The translations under genes were made by a program, and so were the position numbers. Under the pieces are notes generated by a model. It saw nothing but the letters and a program-made list of their open reading frames with translations. It was not told where the DNA came from and made no database searches. A DNA stretch of 63,106 nucleotides from an archaeon GW2011_AR19 (GTDB lineage Archaea; Nanobdellota; Nanobdellia; Pacearchaeales; GW2011-AR1), in assembly GCA_000806015.1 (NCBI GenBank), contig JWKY01000007.1, positions 1 through 63,106 on the forward strand. The letters run 5' to 3'. Positions 1-8,672 of this stretch are shown piece after piece (position 1 is the stretch's first letter; every line of letters starts with the position of its first letter).

Positions 1-777
1 AATAATTTTTTTCATAATAAAGAGCAGGATATTAATAATCTAAAAATTGAAATCGCCAGAGTCAATGCAGAAATTGAGAATCTTGAAACAGAATTTTTAG
101 AATTTAAAGACGCTGAAATAATAAATGTCAATAAAGAAACTCTTGTTGAGAGGCTCTCCAAAACACAGGAAATTATTTCAGGAATCGGCTCTGTAAATTT
201 AAGGTCTCTGGAAGTTTATGATTCAATAAAAAAAGAATATGATTTAATTAAAGAAAAAGCAGATGTTATAGAAAAAGAAAAAGAAGGTGTTTTAAAAATC
301 ATTCATGAAATTGATATTAAGAAAAAAAAGACTTTTTTAAAAACTCTCACAGAATTAAATGAAATTTTCTCTGAAAATTTTTCGCAGATTAGCCTTAAAG
401 GACAAGTTTATTTGGAATTAGAAAACAAGCAATCTCCATTTGAGGAGGGTTTTGGCGTCCAGATTGTTCTTAAAACAGGCCACGGAAAATATTTTGATGT
501 AAAATCGTTGTCAGGAGGAGAACAGACTCTTGTGGCGCTTTCTTTAATTTTTGCAATACAAGAATTAAATCCTTATTGTTTTTATATCCTTGATGAAATT
601 GACGCCGCCCTTGACAAAAGAAATTCAGAAAGATTGGCAGGTTTGCTGAAGAAATATATGCAAAAAGGCCAATATATTATTATAACGCACAACGACGAAG
701 TAATTTTAAGCGCGGATACTCTTTATGGAGTAAGTATGCATGATGGAATTAGTAAGATTATTTCAATGAAAGTATAA
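1..777 (+). CDS. smc: Chromosome segregation ATPase SMC, C-terminal part (5' end lies outside window)
   Basis: Frame 1 is open from base 1 with a K/E-rich coiled-coil-like stretch. It is followed by the ABC signature LSGGEQTLVALSLIFA, Walker B FYILDEIDAALD and ITHN. Confidence 0.85.
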   Translation, partial: NNFFHNKEQDINNLKIEIARVNAEIENLETEFLEFKDAEIINVNKETLVERLSKTQEIISGIGSVNLRSLEVYDSIKKEYDLIKEKADVIEKEKEGVLKIIHEIDIKKKKTFLKTLTELNEIFSENFSQISLKGQVYLELENKQSPFEEGFGVQIVLKTGHGKYFDVKSLSGGEQTLVALSLIFAIQELNPYCFYILDEIDAALDKRNSERLAGLLKKYMQKGQYIIITHNDEVILSADTLYGVSMHDGISKIISMKV

Positions 778-810
778 CATCATGCAACTCCGTCCAGGCG
801 TGGTCGTCGT

Positions 811-852
811 ATGCGCGACGGAGTAAGCAAGATAATTAGCATGAAGGTTTAG
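811..852 (+). pseudogene. Second, recoded copy of the smc C-terminal tail (MRDGVSKIISMKV*), in frame behind the smc stop
   Basis: Compare atg cgc gac gga gta agc aag ata att agc atg aag gtt tag with the smc end atg cat gat gga att agt aag att att tca atg aaa gta taa. Confidence 0.6.
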
Positions 853-886
853 AAAGATTTAAATAATATTTTTTATTATATAATAG

Positions 887-1090
887 ATGGATTTTAATTT
901 AATTATAGAAAAAGGAGAAGACGGCTATTTAATTGCAGAAGTAGTTGAGCTTCCAGGGTGTCATACTCAAGCTAAAAATATGGGCGAGTTGATAAATAGA
1001 ATAAAAGAAGCAATTTCTCTTTATTTAGAAGCTCAAGGAATTGTTAAAATAAAAAGCAATTTTATTGGAACTCAAAAAATAAAGGTTTAA
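887..1090 (+). CDS. hicB: HicB-family (UPF0150) antitoxin
   Basis: Contains GYLIAEVVELPGCHTQAKNMGELINRIKEAISLYLE, and its stop abuts the hicA start (taaATG). Confidence 0.7.
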   Translation: MDFNLIIEKGEDGYLIAEVVELPGCHTQAKNMGELINRIKEAISLYLEAQGIVKIKSNFIGTQKIKV

Positions 1091-1318
1091 ATGGCAAAAT
1101 TGCCTCAGATTACAGCAAATGAATTAATCCGTCTTCTTGAAAAAATTGGTTTTGAAATTATAAGACAATCTGGAAGCCATGTTTTTTTGAGGCGCAAAGA
1201 TGGAAGGACAACTGTTGTTCCAAACCATCCAGGTGAAAAACTTGATAGAGGATTGCTTAATAAAATTTTGAAGAAAGATGTTCAAATTTCAAGAGAAGAT
1301 TTTGAAAAATTAGCATGA
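1091..1318 (+). CDS. hicA: HicA-family mRNA interferase toxin
   Basis: Has the YcfA/HicA pattern ELIRLLEKIGFEIIRQSGSHVFL...VVPNHPGEKLDRGLLNKIL. Confidence 0.8.
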   Translation: MAKLPQITANELIRLLEKIGFEIIRQSGSHVFLRRKDGRTTVVPNHPGEKLDRGLLNKILKKDVQISREDFEKLA

Positions 1319-1322
1319 GTGT

Positions 1323-1736
1323 TTAATTTTCAATTTTAGCAGGATATAAATTAAAAGTTTTTGATTTATGCCCTTTATGCAAAATTTCCTGTTTTGTATT
1401 TTTATGCCCCTCCTTGGGGTATTCCTTAGGGTATTCCAAAGAGTTTTTTGTTGAATCCCGGATTATTTCAGATTTTTTTTTAGAAGTTTTTTCTGTCTTA
1501 TTGTCTTCACATCCAATATATTCTCCAATCAGTATTGCTATAAGATAATATTTTATAGGCGTTAAAGCCGTAAGAGCTAAAGGATAAGCTAAATATTTAA
1601 GACAACTTTTTAATTTTTTATCTTTATTATATCTGTTATATTCAATAAATTGTTTTGTTTTTTTTCTAACAAATTTCTTAGTTTTATCCCACCTATTTTC
1701 TTCAAACATTTTTTCTATATTTTTAAGATAAGCCAT
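1323..1736 (-). CDS. Hypothetical membrane protein
   Basis: ORF with a central hydrophobic segment (YPLALTALTPIKYYLIAILIG). No family was recognised. Confidence 0.35.
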   Translation of the reverse strand: MAYLKNIEKMFEENRWDKTKKFVRKKTKQFIEYNRYNKDKKLKSCLKYLAYPLALTALTPIKYYLIAILIGEYIGCEDNKTEKTSKKKSEIIRDSTKNSLEYPKEYPKEGHKNTKQEILHKGHKSKTFNLYPAKIEN

Positions 1737-1834
1737 TTTATTTTAATAAAAGGATTGTTTAAAAGATTAATTGAGGAGTTTATCAGCGCAATATCTAATT
1801 AATTTGCCAATACAAAAACCTACTCACTCTGTTC

Positions 1835-1900
1835 GCAGAATTGATTGACTTCGTGTTAGACATTAGTCATAACGCTGTGCTAAGAACAATTTATCGCCAC
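1835..1900. repeat. Direct repeat copy 1 (66 nt) of the pair flanking the RelE cassette
   Basis: The sequence gcagaattgattgacttcgtgttagacattagtcataacgctgtgctaagaacaatttatcgccac is near-identical to 2520..2587. Confidence 0.85.
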
Positions 1901-1996
1901 TAATTTTTATGAGTAAGTTTAATCAGTATAATTAATATTTAGAAAAACGGTTTAGGTAGAAAAATTAATAATTTTTATATTTCTCGTCGCGCATTT

Positions 1997-2245
1997 CTAT
2001 TGCTCATCTTTATGATAAAAATCTAAAAAGATCAATAAATCTTCTTTTTGATTATAGGAATAAGATAACCTAAAAGGATTCACATAAACTTCTCTTGTTT
2101 CTTTTCTGTTATGTCTCATTGGCTTGCCAATCTTCGGGTTTTGAATTATCTTTTCTATTTGTTTTTCAACTCTATCTAAATAGCTTTTGTCTAATTTTTT
2201 TAAACGATAAAGAAAATTTGGTGAACGAATTACCTCAAGAGCCAT
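1997..2245 (-). CDS. RelE/ParE-superfamily toxin
   Basis: 82 aa with the pattern ...KKLDKSYLDRVEKQIEKIIQNPKIGKPM...FRLSYSYNQKEDLLIFLDFYHKDE. It lies 1 nt downstream of a small partner ORF. Confidence 0.65.
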   Translation of the reverse strand: MALEVIRSPNFLYRLKKLDKSYLDRVEKQIEKIIQNPKIGKPMRHNRKETREVYVNPFRLSYSYNQKEDLLIFLDFYHKDEQ

Positions 2246-2246
2246 T

Positions 2247-2450
2247 TTATTTTAATGATCTTATTTCATTCATAAATTCATTTACTGACATTTTCTTTCC
2301 TTTTCCAGCATCAATCTCTTGCCACGCTAATTCTGTTCTTATAGCAAATTTTAAATCCTCTGCAATTGATTCTTCCATTTGTTCTATCTTCTTTTTCAAA
2401 GCAATTATTTCTTTGCTCATATTCTCAAGGCTTAATTGTTTTTGTTCCAT
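2247..2450 (-). CDS. Putative cognate antitoxin (small coiled-coil protein)
   Basis: 67 aa, immediately upstream of and co-directional with the RelE-like gene. Confidence 0.5.
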   Translation of the reverse strand: MEQKQLSLENMSKEIIALKKKIEQMEESIAEDLKFAIRTELAWQEIDAGKGKKMSVNEFMNEIRSLK

Positions 2451-2519
2451 ATTTATTTTAAATAAATGAAGTTTTTAACTTTTTTGGTTAGAAAGATTAA
2501 ATACCTGCTAATTTCATTG

Positions 2520-2587
2520 GCAGAATTGATTGACTTCGCGTTAGACATTTGTCATAACGCTACGCTAAGAAGAATTGTTATCCCCAC
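2520..2587. repeat. Direct repeat copy 2 (68 nt); it contains the stop codon and last codons of the 2565..3260 gene
   Basis: The sequence is gcagaattgattgacttcgcgttagacatttgtcataacgctacgctaagaagaattgttatccccac. Confidence 0.85.
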
Positions 2588-3260
2588 ATACTCCAAAAGC
2601 AAGACCCCGACTGTCGTCATCCCAGTCGTTGCCATCGACATACAATCTGTCGCCAAAGCCCCGGCTCCTGTACAGGGCAGACATTGGCACTTTTTCTTCA
2701 TCAACAGAATCAAAAGAAAAAATGTAAGGTTTATTTTTATATTTTGAAGCAACTTTTGCAATTTTTTCTGCCCCTTCTTTTCCATATCTTGCAATAATGT
2801 AAAGATTTTTTTCTAATTCTTGCCAAGTTTGTTCTCCTGTTTTAAATCCAAAGGGGACAAACTTTACATTAGAATCCTTTGACTGCAATCTTTTAATTAA
2901 AGAATTTTTATTCATAATCAATTTTCCATTTTTAATTTTTGGATTATGTTCAATAATAACTCCATTATTAATCTTTTCACCTGATTTTGGAAGATAAAGA
3001 TTTCCTATAAATTCCCAAAAATAATTATTGTTTATATTGTTTAGAATATCAATTATTTCTTTTGAATACTTATTATTTGGATTTTGAAAAGCATCATAAA
3101 CTAATGAAGCTGTTTCAGGAGAGTTTGGTCTTTTTAATCCTTCTTTATCAATTGCTTTTGCAACACTTCCATAAGTTCCTTCAAATGCAGGATACTGAAA
3201 GGTAAGCTCTCCCCCTGCGTGAGGAACTATTAAATATGATTTGCCGATTATTGTTTTCAT
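2565..3260 (-). CDS. Hypothetical protein (231 aa)
   Basis: Long ORF with protein-like composition and a locally GC-richer C-terminal part. No family was recognised. Confidence 0.5.
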   Translation of the reverse strand: MKTIIGKSYLIVPHAGGELTFQYPAFEGTYGSVAKAIDKEGLKRPNSPETASLVYDAFQNPNNKYSKEIIDILNNINNNYFWEFIGNLYLPKSGEKINNGVIIEHNPKIKNGKLIMNKNSLIKRLQSKDSNVKFVPFGFKTGEQTWQELEKNLYIIARYGKEGAEKIAKVASKYKNKPYIFSFDSVDEEKVPMSALYRSRGFGDRLYVDGNDWDDDSRGLAFGVCGDNNSS

Positions 3261-3328
3261 TTTTATTATCCATATAAATATTTACTATTAAGGTTTTTCT
3301 ACCATCGTAGTTTCTTTAATTTTATTTC

Positions 3329-3363
3329 CTGTGAAATTTGTTGAAAAACTTCCCGTTTTTTTC
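3329..3363. repeat. Copy of the dispersed 'gtttgttgaaaaacttcctgttttt' repeat family
   Basis: cctgtgaaatttgttgaaaaacttcccgtttttttc matches units at 39103, 39178, 39767 and 47890 (reverse). Confidence 0.6.
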
Positions 3364-3441
3364 AAAAAGAAACCCGTTTTTCTAAAAGAAGAAAAGGAAA
3401 AGCAAAATTGCAAACGAAAAAATAAAAAATAAAAAAAGCAA

Positions 3442-4659
3442 TTAGTAGTAGCTTTCCCCGAATTCTTCAGATTGTTCTGGTTTTTTCTTCATCAAAGCAA
3501 TTAAAGCGCCGAGCAATACTAGGAAAATAATCACTAGTATAATTGTTAAAGCAACAATTGAACCGCTGTTAGCTGATCTGCCTTCTGCTAAAACTCCAAG
3601 TTTAACGCTGTCAACAAGTTCCTCTCCAGCAAAGATACTTACATCAAATGTATAGTCTCCTTTTGAATGAGGTTTTGCTGTTACAGCAATTGTCTTAGTT
3701 TGTCCAGCAGGCACAGAAACTAATTGTGCGCTTGAGCCAGTTGTTAAATCGCCGTTAGATTCAGTTACGATTCTAAAAACTCTCAATTTGTCTGTTGGGT
3801 TAGCAATAACTAACTCAAATTCAGTTTCACTTCCAACTGAAGCAGATTTTTTAATGTCTGCTACAACAGCACTGCTTGAGAATTCATTCTTTACAGCAAT
3901 TTGTTTAGATTGGCTTACACTAAAGTCATTATTAGAAGCTTTTACTTCAAGAGTATATGCTCCTGCTTTAGCGTTCGATGGCAATTCAATTAAGAATCTT
4001 TTTGTTACAGTGTCATCATTGTTCTTGCTTTCAATCGCTACAAGATCTCCAAAATAAGAGGATCTTTCAAGACCTAATGCGCCAATTTTTACAGTTACAA
4101 AAACGTCATCAAGACGATTGTATCCTGTGTTTTTTAAAACAACGTCAACCGGTAAAACTTTTCCAGCTTCAACTGATTGCGCTGAATCTATTGACATTAT
4201 TGCTGCATTATATGAAGGTCTTTGTACATTCAAGCTTATTTTATTGTCTTCTGTTCTGAAGTCGCCGTTCCAGACTTTTATATCCAGAGTTAATTCATCA
4301 CTAACTTCGTCTTGAAGTTCGTAAGGAATTGTTAAAGTTAATGTTTTACTGTATTTCTTTTCTCTTTCAATAGTAAAAGGAGCAGTTACTGCTTCCTCAC
4401 TAACTTTTGCGCCTTCAAGCTCTAATTTAAGCTTGACATCTGAAGCGCTTTGTAAAGCTGTGAAAAATACTTTTACAGTAATTGTTTCACCAGCAACAAC
4501 AGCTACTTCATTTCCTGATGCAAAGACATCATCTATCTTAACATCATTAATTGTTACAAGTTCTGATGCACCAGCGCTAACAAAGTTGTTAGCAACTAAA
4601 AGAATGCTAGCCAATGCAAAGAAAAAAACCAATAGGTTTTTTGTATTCATTTTTATCAT
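3442..4659 (-). CDS. Secreted cell-surface (S-layer/CARDB-like) protein with C-terminal membrane anchor
   Basis: Has an N-terminal signal peptide (LLVFFFALASILLVANNFVSA), beta-rich repeated domains, and a C-terminal TM segment (IVALTIILVIIFLVLLGALIALM) followed by a charged tail. Confidence 0.6.
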   Translation of the reverse strand: MIKMNTKNLLVFFFALASILLVANNFVSAGASELVTINDVKIDDVFASGNEVAVVAGETITVKVFFTALQSASDVKLKLELEGAKVSEEAVTAPFTIEREKKYSKTLTLTIPYELQDEVSDELTLDIKVWNGDFRTEDNKISLNVQRPSYNAAIMSIDSAQSVEAGKVLPVDVVLKNTGYNRLDDVFVTVKIGALGLERSSYFGDLVAIESKNNDDTVTKRFLIELPSNAKAGAYTLEVKASNNDFSVSQSKQIAVKNEFSSSAVVADIKKSASVGSETEFELVIANPTDKLRVFRIVTESNGDLTTGSSAQLVSVPAGQTKTIAVTAKPHSKGDYTFDVSIFAGEELVDSVKLGVLAEGRSANSGSIVALTIILVIIFLVLLGALIALMKKKPEQSEEFGESYY

Positions 4660-4674
4660 TTTTTGTTTAGTTAT

Positions 4675-4693
4675 CTGAAAACATTGTTTTCAG
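4675..4693. promoter_or_regulatory. Perfect 8-bp-stem palindrome just upstream of the surface-protein start
   Basis: The sequence is ctgaaaac att gttttcag, about 16 nt upstream of the ATG at 4659 (minus strand). Confidence 0.4.
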
Positions 4694-4840
4694 AATAGAA
4701 TATATAGAAAAAAGTGATTTATAAACTTTGTGGTGACAACATAAAATATTAACTTTCAAGTTACTTGATGTTAAGGACACTTAGTGAGCATTTTTTTGAC
4801 TATAAATAAATACTGCTAAAAAATCAGGCGATTCTTAAAA

Positions 4841-6016
4841 TCAAAAGCTCAGAAGTTTAATTTTGTCGCTTGTAGCTGCAAAATTATTTGCTGCAATTAT
4901 CTGGCATCCTGCTTCTTCCGCATCTAAAAGAATATTTTTAGTGACAACTCCATCAACTATAATAATTTTTGGTTTTTCATTTATTTTTTTAAGAGTTGCT
5001 CCAAATCCTTTTATGGAAATTGATTTTATTTCATTTAATTCAGAATCTAAAAGGAGAGCCTTTCCAGTTCCATGATTTTCTTTTAAAAGTTCTTTGAGCT
5101 TTGATTTTTTTTCTTCATCTAACTTAACTTTTTCTCCCGGCTCTCCTAAAGATTCTTCAAGATTCTTGGGCGCAGATTCTTCCCTGTTTCGGGGGATATA
5201 ACCCATTCTTAGATATTCTTCAACTGAAATCCTTTTTCTTAAAAACATCAGAACTTCTTTCCCGGCAAGTTCTTCAACTTCTTTCCCATCCGGAGCTATT
5301 GCAATATATTTAACTTCTGCATTATCCAAAACATTTTGAATAATTAATTTTCCTCCGCGGTCTCCGTCAACAAATAAAGTTAATTGTTTTCTCTTTCCAA
5401 GTTCTTTTATTGAGTCCGGAAGTTTTGTGCCGTTCATACCAACAACATTATTAACACCGGCTTTTAGTAAATTTATAACATCTGCTCTTCCTTCAACTAC
5501 AATAATTTCTTCTCCGGTTAAATCTCCGCATGGAAGCACTTCTTCTCCATATGTTTGAATGTTTGCAATTTTTGTAGACTCTTTAACTTGTTTTGAAATT
5601 TCACGGGATTCTAAAGACCCGCCAATTGATTGCATAAGTTTTTTTGCTCTTTCTAAGATATAATCTCTTTTGCTTCCTCTTACATCTTCAATTCTTTCTA
5701 TTTCTATCTGGGAATCGCACGGACCCATACGTTCAATTGTTTCAATAGCAGCTGCAATTAAAGTTGTTTCAGACTGGTCTAAAGCGGTGGGAATTTGGAT
5801 TTTTCCAATTGTTCTTTTGCCTTGTTTTTCCAGGTCAACTTCAATTCTGCCGATTTTTCCTTCTTTTTGCAGTTCTCTCATTTCTAAATCCGCGCCAAGC
5901 AAACCTTCTGTCTGGCCAAATAAAGCTCCGATTACGTCGGGCTTTTCTAAAGCGCCCTCAGCTGTAAAACTCGCGTGTATCATATATTTTATTGATACTG
6001 GACTTATTTTTGCCAT
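4841..6016 (-). CDS. dnaG: Archaeal DnaG-type primase (TOPRIM)
   Basis: Starts with the archaeal DnaG N-terminus KYMIHASFTAEGALEKPDVIGALFGQTEGLLG. The TOPRIM region reads IIVVEGRADVINLL...LFVDGDRGG. Confidence 0.85.
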   Translation of the reverse strand: MAKISPVSIKYMIHASFTAEGALEKPDVIGALFGQTEGLLGADLEMRELQKEGKIGRIEVDLEKQGKRTIGKIQIPTALDQSETTLIAAAIETIERMGPCDSQIEIERIEDVRGSKRDYILERAKKLMQSIGGSLESREISKQVKESTKIANIQTYGEEVLPCGDLTGEEIIVVEGRADVINLLKAGVNNVVGMNGTKLPDSIKELGKRKQLTLFVDGDRGGKLIIQNVLDNAEVKYIAIAPDGKEVEELAGKEVLMFLRKRISVEEYLRMGYIPRNREESAPKNLEESLGEPGEKVKLDEEKKSKLKELLKENHGTGKALLLDSELNEIKSISIKGFGATLKKINEKPKIIIVDGVVTKNILLDAEEAGCQIIAANNFAATSDKIKLLSF

Positions 6017-6305
6017 TTTTATTTTATTTAATTTTGTTTAATTAATTTGAAATCTATGATTTCATTTAGAAAAATATTTTTAATTTTCTCAGCTGCTTCT
6101 TCTTTTAATAGCATTAATATGCTAAATTAAACAATGATTGTGATTGTGATATAATCTTACAATATCTTTCTAATGATTAAGAAAAAGAAAAGCAGTTTTT
6201 AAATGTTGCGGGGGATTTTTATTTTATAGAAGTTTATATATAATTTTCTATAACAGCATTTATAAATAAATAGTGGTTTTCAAATATAGTGTCAAGAGGT
6301 AAATA

Positions 6306-6536
6306 ATGAAATTAAGAAACATTGATTCAAAGAAGACAGTAAAAGCTTTTGAAAGAATGGGAATGAAAATTTTACATCAAGCAGGAACGCATGTAATTAT
6401 GAAAGGAATTTTAAATGGAAAACAAAAAACTCTGTCTATTCCAATACATCATAAAGAAATATCTGTCGGTACATTAACTGATTTATTAAATAATCAGGCA
6501 GAAATATCAAGAGAAGAATTTTTCAAATATTATTAA
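6306..6536 (+). CDS. hicA: HicA-family toxin
   Basis: Contains KAFERMGMKILHQAGTHVIMKG...IPIHHKEISVGTLTDLL. Confidence 0.7.
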   Translation: MKLRNIDSKKTVKAFERMGMKILHQAGTHVIMKGILNGKQKTLSIPIHHKEISVGTLTDLLNNQAEISREEFFKYY

Positions 6537-6775
6537 AGAAATAATCTGGTTGTGAAAAGTGGCTGCATTTTTTTTAAAGGTTCTGCTTTTGAAGAGTCAT
6601 ATTTTATCAATAAATTAAGAGAGGTTTTCAGATGTTTTAATGCTTCTTCTATGGTGTCCCCAAAATCACTTATCCCAAGTTCTTCGCATCTTGCTAAGTA
6701 AACTAATTTATCGTCTATCTTTTCAGTAATAATGCTGACATTACAAGATAATTGATTTTCCATTTCAATATTCAT
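6533..6775 (-). CDS. HicB-like (UPF0150) antitoxin, convergent with hicA
   Basis: Contains LVYLARCEELGISDFGDTIEEALKHLKTSLNLLIK. Its 3' end overlaps the hicA 3' end by 4 nt. Confidence 0.55.
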   Translation of the reverse strand: MNIEMENQLSCNVSIITEKIDDKLVYLARCEELGISDFGDTIEEALKHLKTSLNLLIKYDSSKAEPLKKMQPLFTTRLFL

Positions 6776-6878
6776 ATTATTTGTTATGCTTTATTATTTT
6801 TAAATGTTTTGTGGCGGGGTTCTGCGGAATTGGGCTCATCAAGTTAAAGAGAAAACTTTAAATAGTATTGGTTCATAA

Positions 6879-7448
6879 ATGATACATATGGTTCAAAATA
6901 AAAACAACTTGGAATTAAAAATAATCTTGGTTTTATTAAAAAACAAAACGCATTTAAGAGAGATAGCCAGAACTCTTAATGAATCCCACTCTACAATCTT
7001 AAGAAAAATTAATGAATTATTAAAAGAAAATGTTCTTGATTATAAGAAAGAAGGTAAAAATAAAATATTTTTTATTAAAAATAATCTAAAAGCCAAGAAC
7101 TATGTTTATTCTGCAGAAATTCATAAATTAAATATGCTTTTAAAAAAACATCTAGAATTATCCATAATATTTGAAGATATTAAGAAAAATTTTCCTAAAA
7201 AGATGATAATCCTGTTCGGGAGTTATGCAAAAGGAATCCCTAAACCCCGCAGCGATATTGATATTTATTTAGAAACAAATGATAATAAAATTAAAAACAA
7301 AATAAAAGAAATAAATTCTAGATTAAGCATAAAAATAGGAAAATTTGACGCCAAATCTTTATTAATAAAAGAAATTATAAAAAACCACATAATTATAAGG
7401 GGTTTGGAGAACTTTTATGAAAGAGTTGACTTTTTTAAAGAAACTTAA
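6879..7448 (+). CDS. wHTH-fused minimal nucleotidyltransferase (MNT-like)
   Basis: N-terminal HTH-like region (LREIARTLNESHSTILRKINELLKENVL) followed by the NTase motif LFGSYAKGIPKPRSDIDIYLE. Confidence 0.65.
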   Translation: MIHMVQNKNNLELKIILVLLKNKTHLREIARTLNESHSTILRKINELLKENVLDYKKEGKNKIFFIKNNLKAKNYVYSAEIHKLNMLLKKHLELSIIFEDIKKNFPKKMIILFGSYAKGIPKPRSDIDIYLETNDNKIKNKIKEINSRLSIKIGKFDAKSLLIKEIIKNHIIIRGLENFYERVDFFKET

Positions 7449-7598
7449 GAAAAGAGGATGAAAAAATTAATTCTGCGAGAACGGATTTTATTAGAATGTT
7501 AAGTTAAACTAAATAATTTAGTGTGGGGTTGGCAATATCTCTCTTTGTTTTAATTTTATTATATAAATCTTTAAAAGAAAGGCATCATTTCCGTAAAA

Positions 7599-8111
7599 AT
7601 GTTCTTTGAAATAGCAAACTTAATCCTCTCCGTTCTTACTTTTATTGTTCTAATAATCTATGCTTATTGTACATATCTTATAGCTAAAGATGTCTATGAA
7701 CCATTTGTATCTTTTTCTTTCAAACAAATTTCCATTTCTCCTACTTCTAAATCTCCCTCACATATAAGTTTTAATATGTTAAATAAAAGCAAGGTGGAAG
7801 TTGAAGTTTTTGGTAAATTATGGTCTAAGGTAGAGGACAAACTTTTTGAGGGTCAAGGAGGATTCTATGGTAATGGATATTCGTGGATTCTTCAGCCGTT
7901 CACCGAAGGTTTTGGACATTTTGAATTGAGAGGATTCAATAACAAAGAAGGAATTGAACTGGGCAAATTTGTTAAAACTAATAAAATTCCTTCAATAAAG
8001 TTTAATTTTCAAATAAAATATAGAAAGGTAGGAAGTAAAAAATGGAAAAAATCTTCTCCTCAAAAATATGCCTATAATTTTGATAAAGAACTTTTATGGT
8101 TGGATGTATAA
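7599..8111 (+). CDS. Hypothetical membrane-anchored protein
   Basis: ORF with an N-terminal TM segment (ANLILSVLTFIVLIIYAYCTYLIA). Confidence 0.4.
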   Translation: MFFEIANLILSVLTFIVLIIYAYCTYLIAKDVYEPFVSFSFKQISISPTSKSPSHISFNMLNKSKVEVEVFGKLWSKVEDKLFEGQGGFYGNGYSWILQPFTEGFGHFELRGFNNKEGIELGKFVKTNKIPSIKFNFQIKYRKVGSKKWKKSSPQKYAYNFDKELLWLDV

Positions 8112-8266
8112 AAAGGCTCTGTTGAAAAAATCCTCGGGTAAAGATTAATAATTCATTTTTCTTGAATGCTAATTTGTTCGCTCAAATATAGTTTAGTGTT
8201 ATAAACGACCTTTTTATCTATTAAGGGATTAATCTTCCTTTAAAATCCTTGAATGATTCCCGTTTC

Positions 8267-8671
8267 TTAATCTCTCTTCGGAATAATCTTTTGTATTTTT
8301 GTTATAATCTTTTTAGGATTATCTTTTAAATCATGCTCCCAAAATCTCAGAACTTTCCAACCCTGTTTTTTAAGATAGTTATTCACTTCTTTTGCTCTTT
8401 CAACATTGCGATTTATTTTTTGCGTCCAGTAAGAACTATTTGCAGAGGGTTTTCTAAAATGTTTTGGACATTTATGCCAAAAACAACTATCAATGAAAAT
8501 AGCTATTTTCAATTTCTTTGATGCAAAATCGGGTTTTCCAAACACTTTTGGTTGATATTCAAATTTTAATTTTTTTATCAGTTTTTTAAAATTAAGTTCA
8601 AGAGAAGTATTTTTGCTCTTTATCTTAGACATTATTTTGCTTCTCTCTTTTTTAGAAAAAGTGTCTGACAT
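8267..8671 (-). CDS. vsr: Very-short-patch repair endonuclease (Vsr)
   Basis: Contains RSKIMSKIKSKNTSLE...GKPDFASKKLKIAIFIDSCFWHKCPKH...SANSSYWTQKINRNVERAKEV...GWKVLRFWEHD. Confidence 0.85.
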   Translation of the reverse strand: MSDTFSKKERSKIMSKIKSKNTSLELNFKKLIKKLKFEYQPKVFGKPDFASKKLKIAIFIDSCFWHKCPKHFRKPSANSSYWTQKINRNVERAKEVNNYLKKQGWKVLRFWEHDLKDNPKKIITKIQKIIPKRD

Positions 8672-8672
8672 C

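Noticed and set aside
2095-2794. ORFs 2095..2469 (+), 2466..2747 (+) and 2552..2794 (-)
   Set aside because: They overlap the RelE/antitoxin pair, the 68-nt repeat or the 2565..3260 gene in other frames or on the other strand, and their composition is not protein-like.
3788-4678. Plus-strand ORFs 3788..4057, 3978..4259, 4118..4315 and 4433..4678 inside the surface-protein gene
   Set aside because: They are antisense to a long, well-formed minus-strand gene and have low-complexity S/L/F-rich composition typical of shadow ORFs in AT-rich DNA.
4863-6041. Plus-strand ORFs inside dnaG (4863..5075, 5670..6041, 5764..5967)
   Set aside because: These are shadow ORFs opposite a confidently identified gene.
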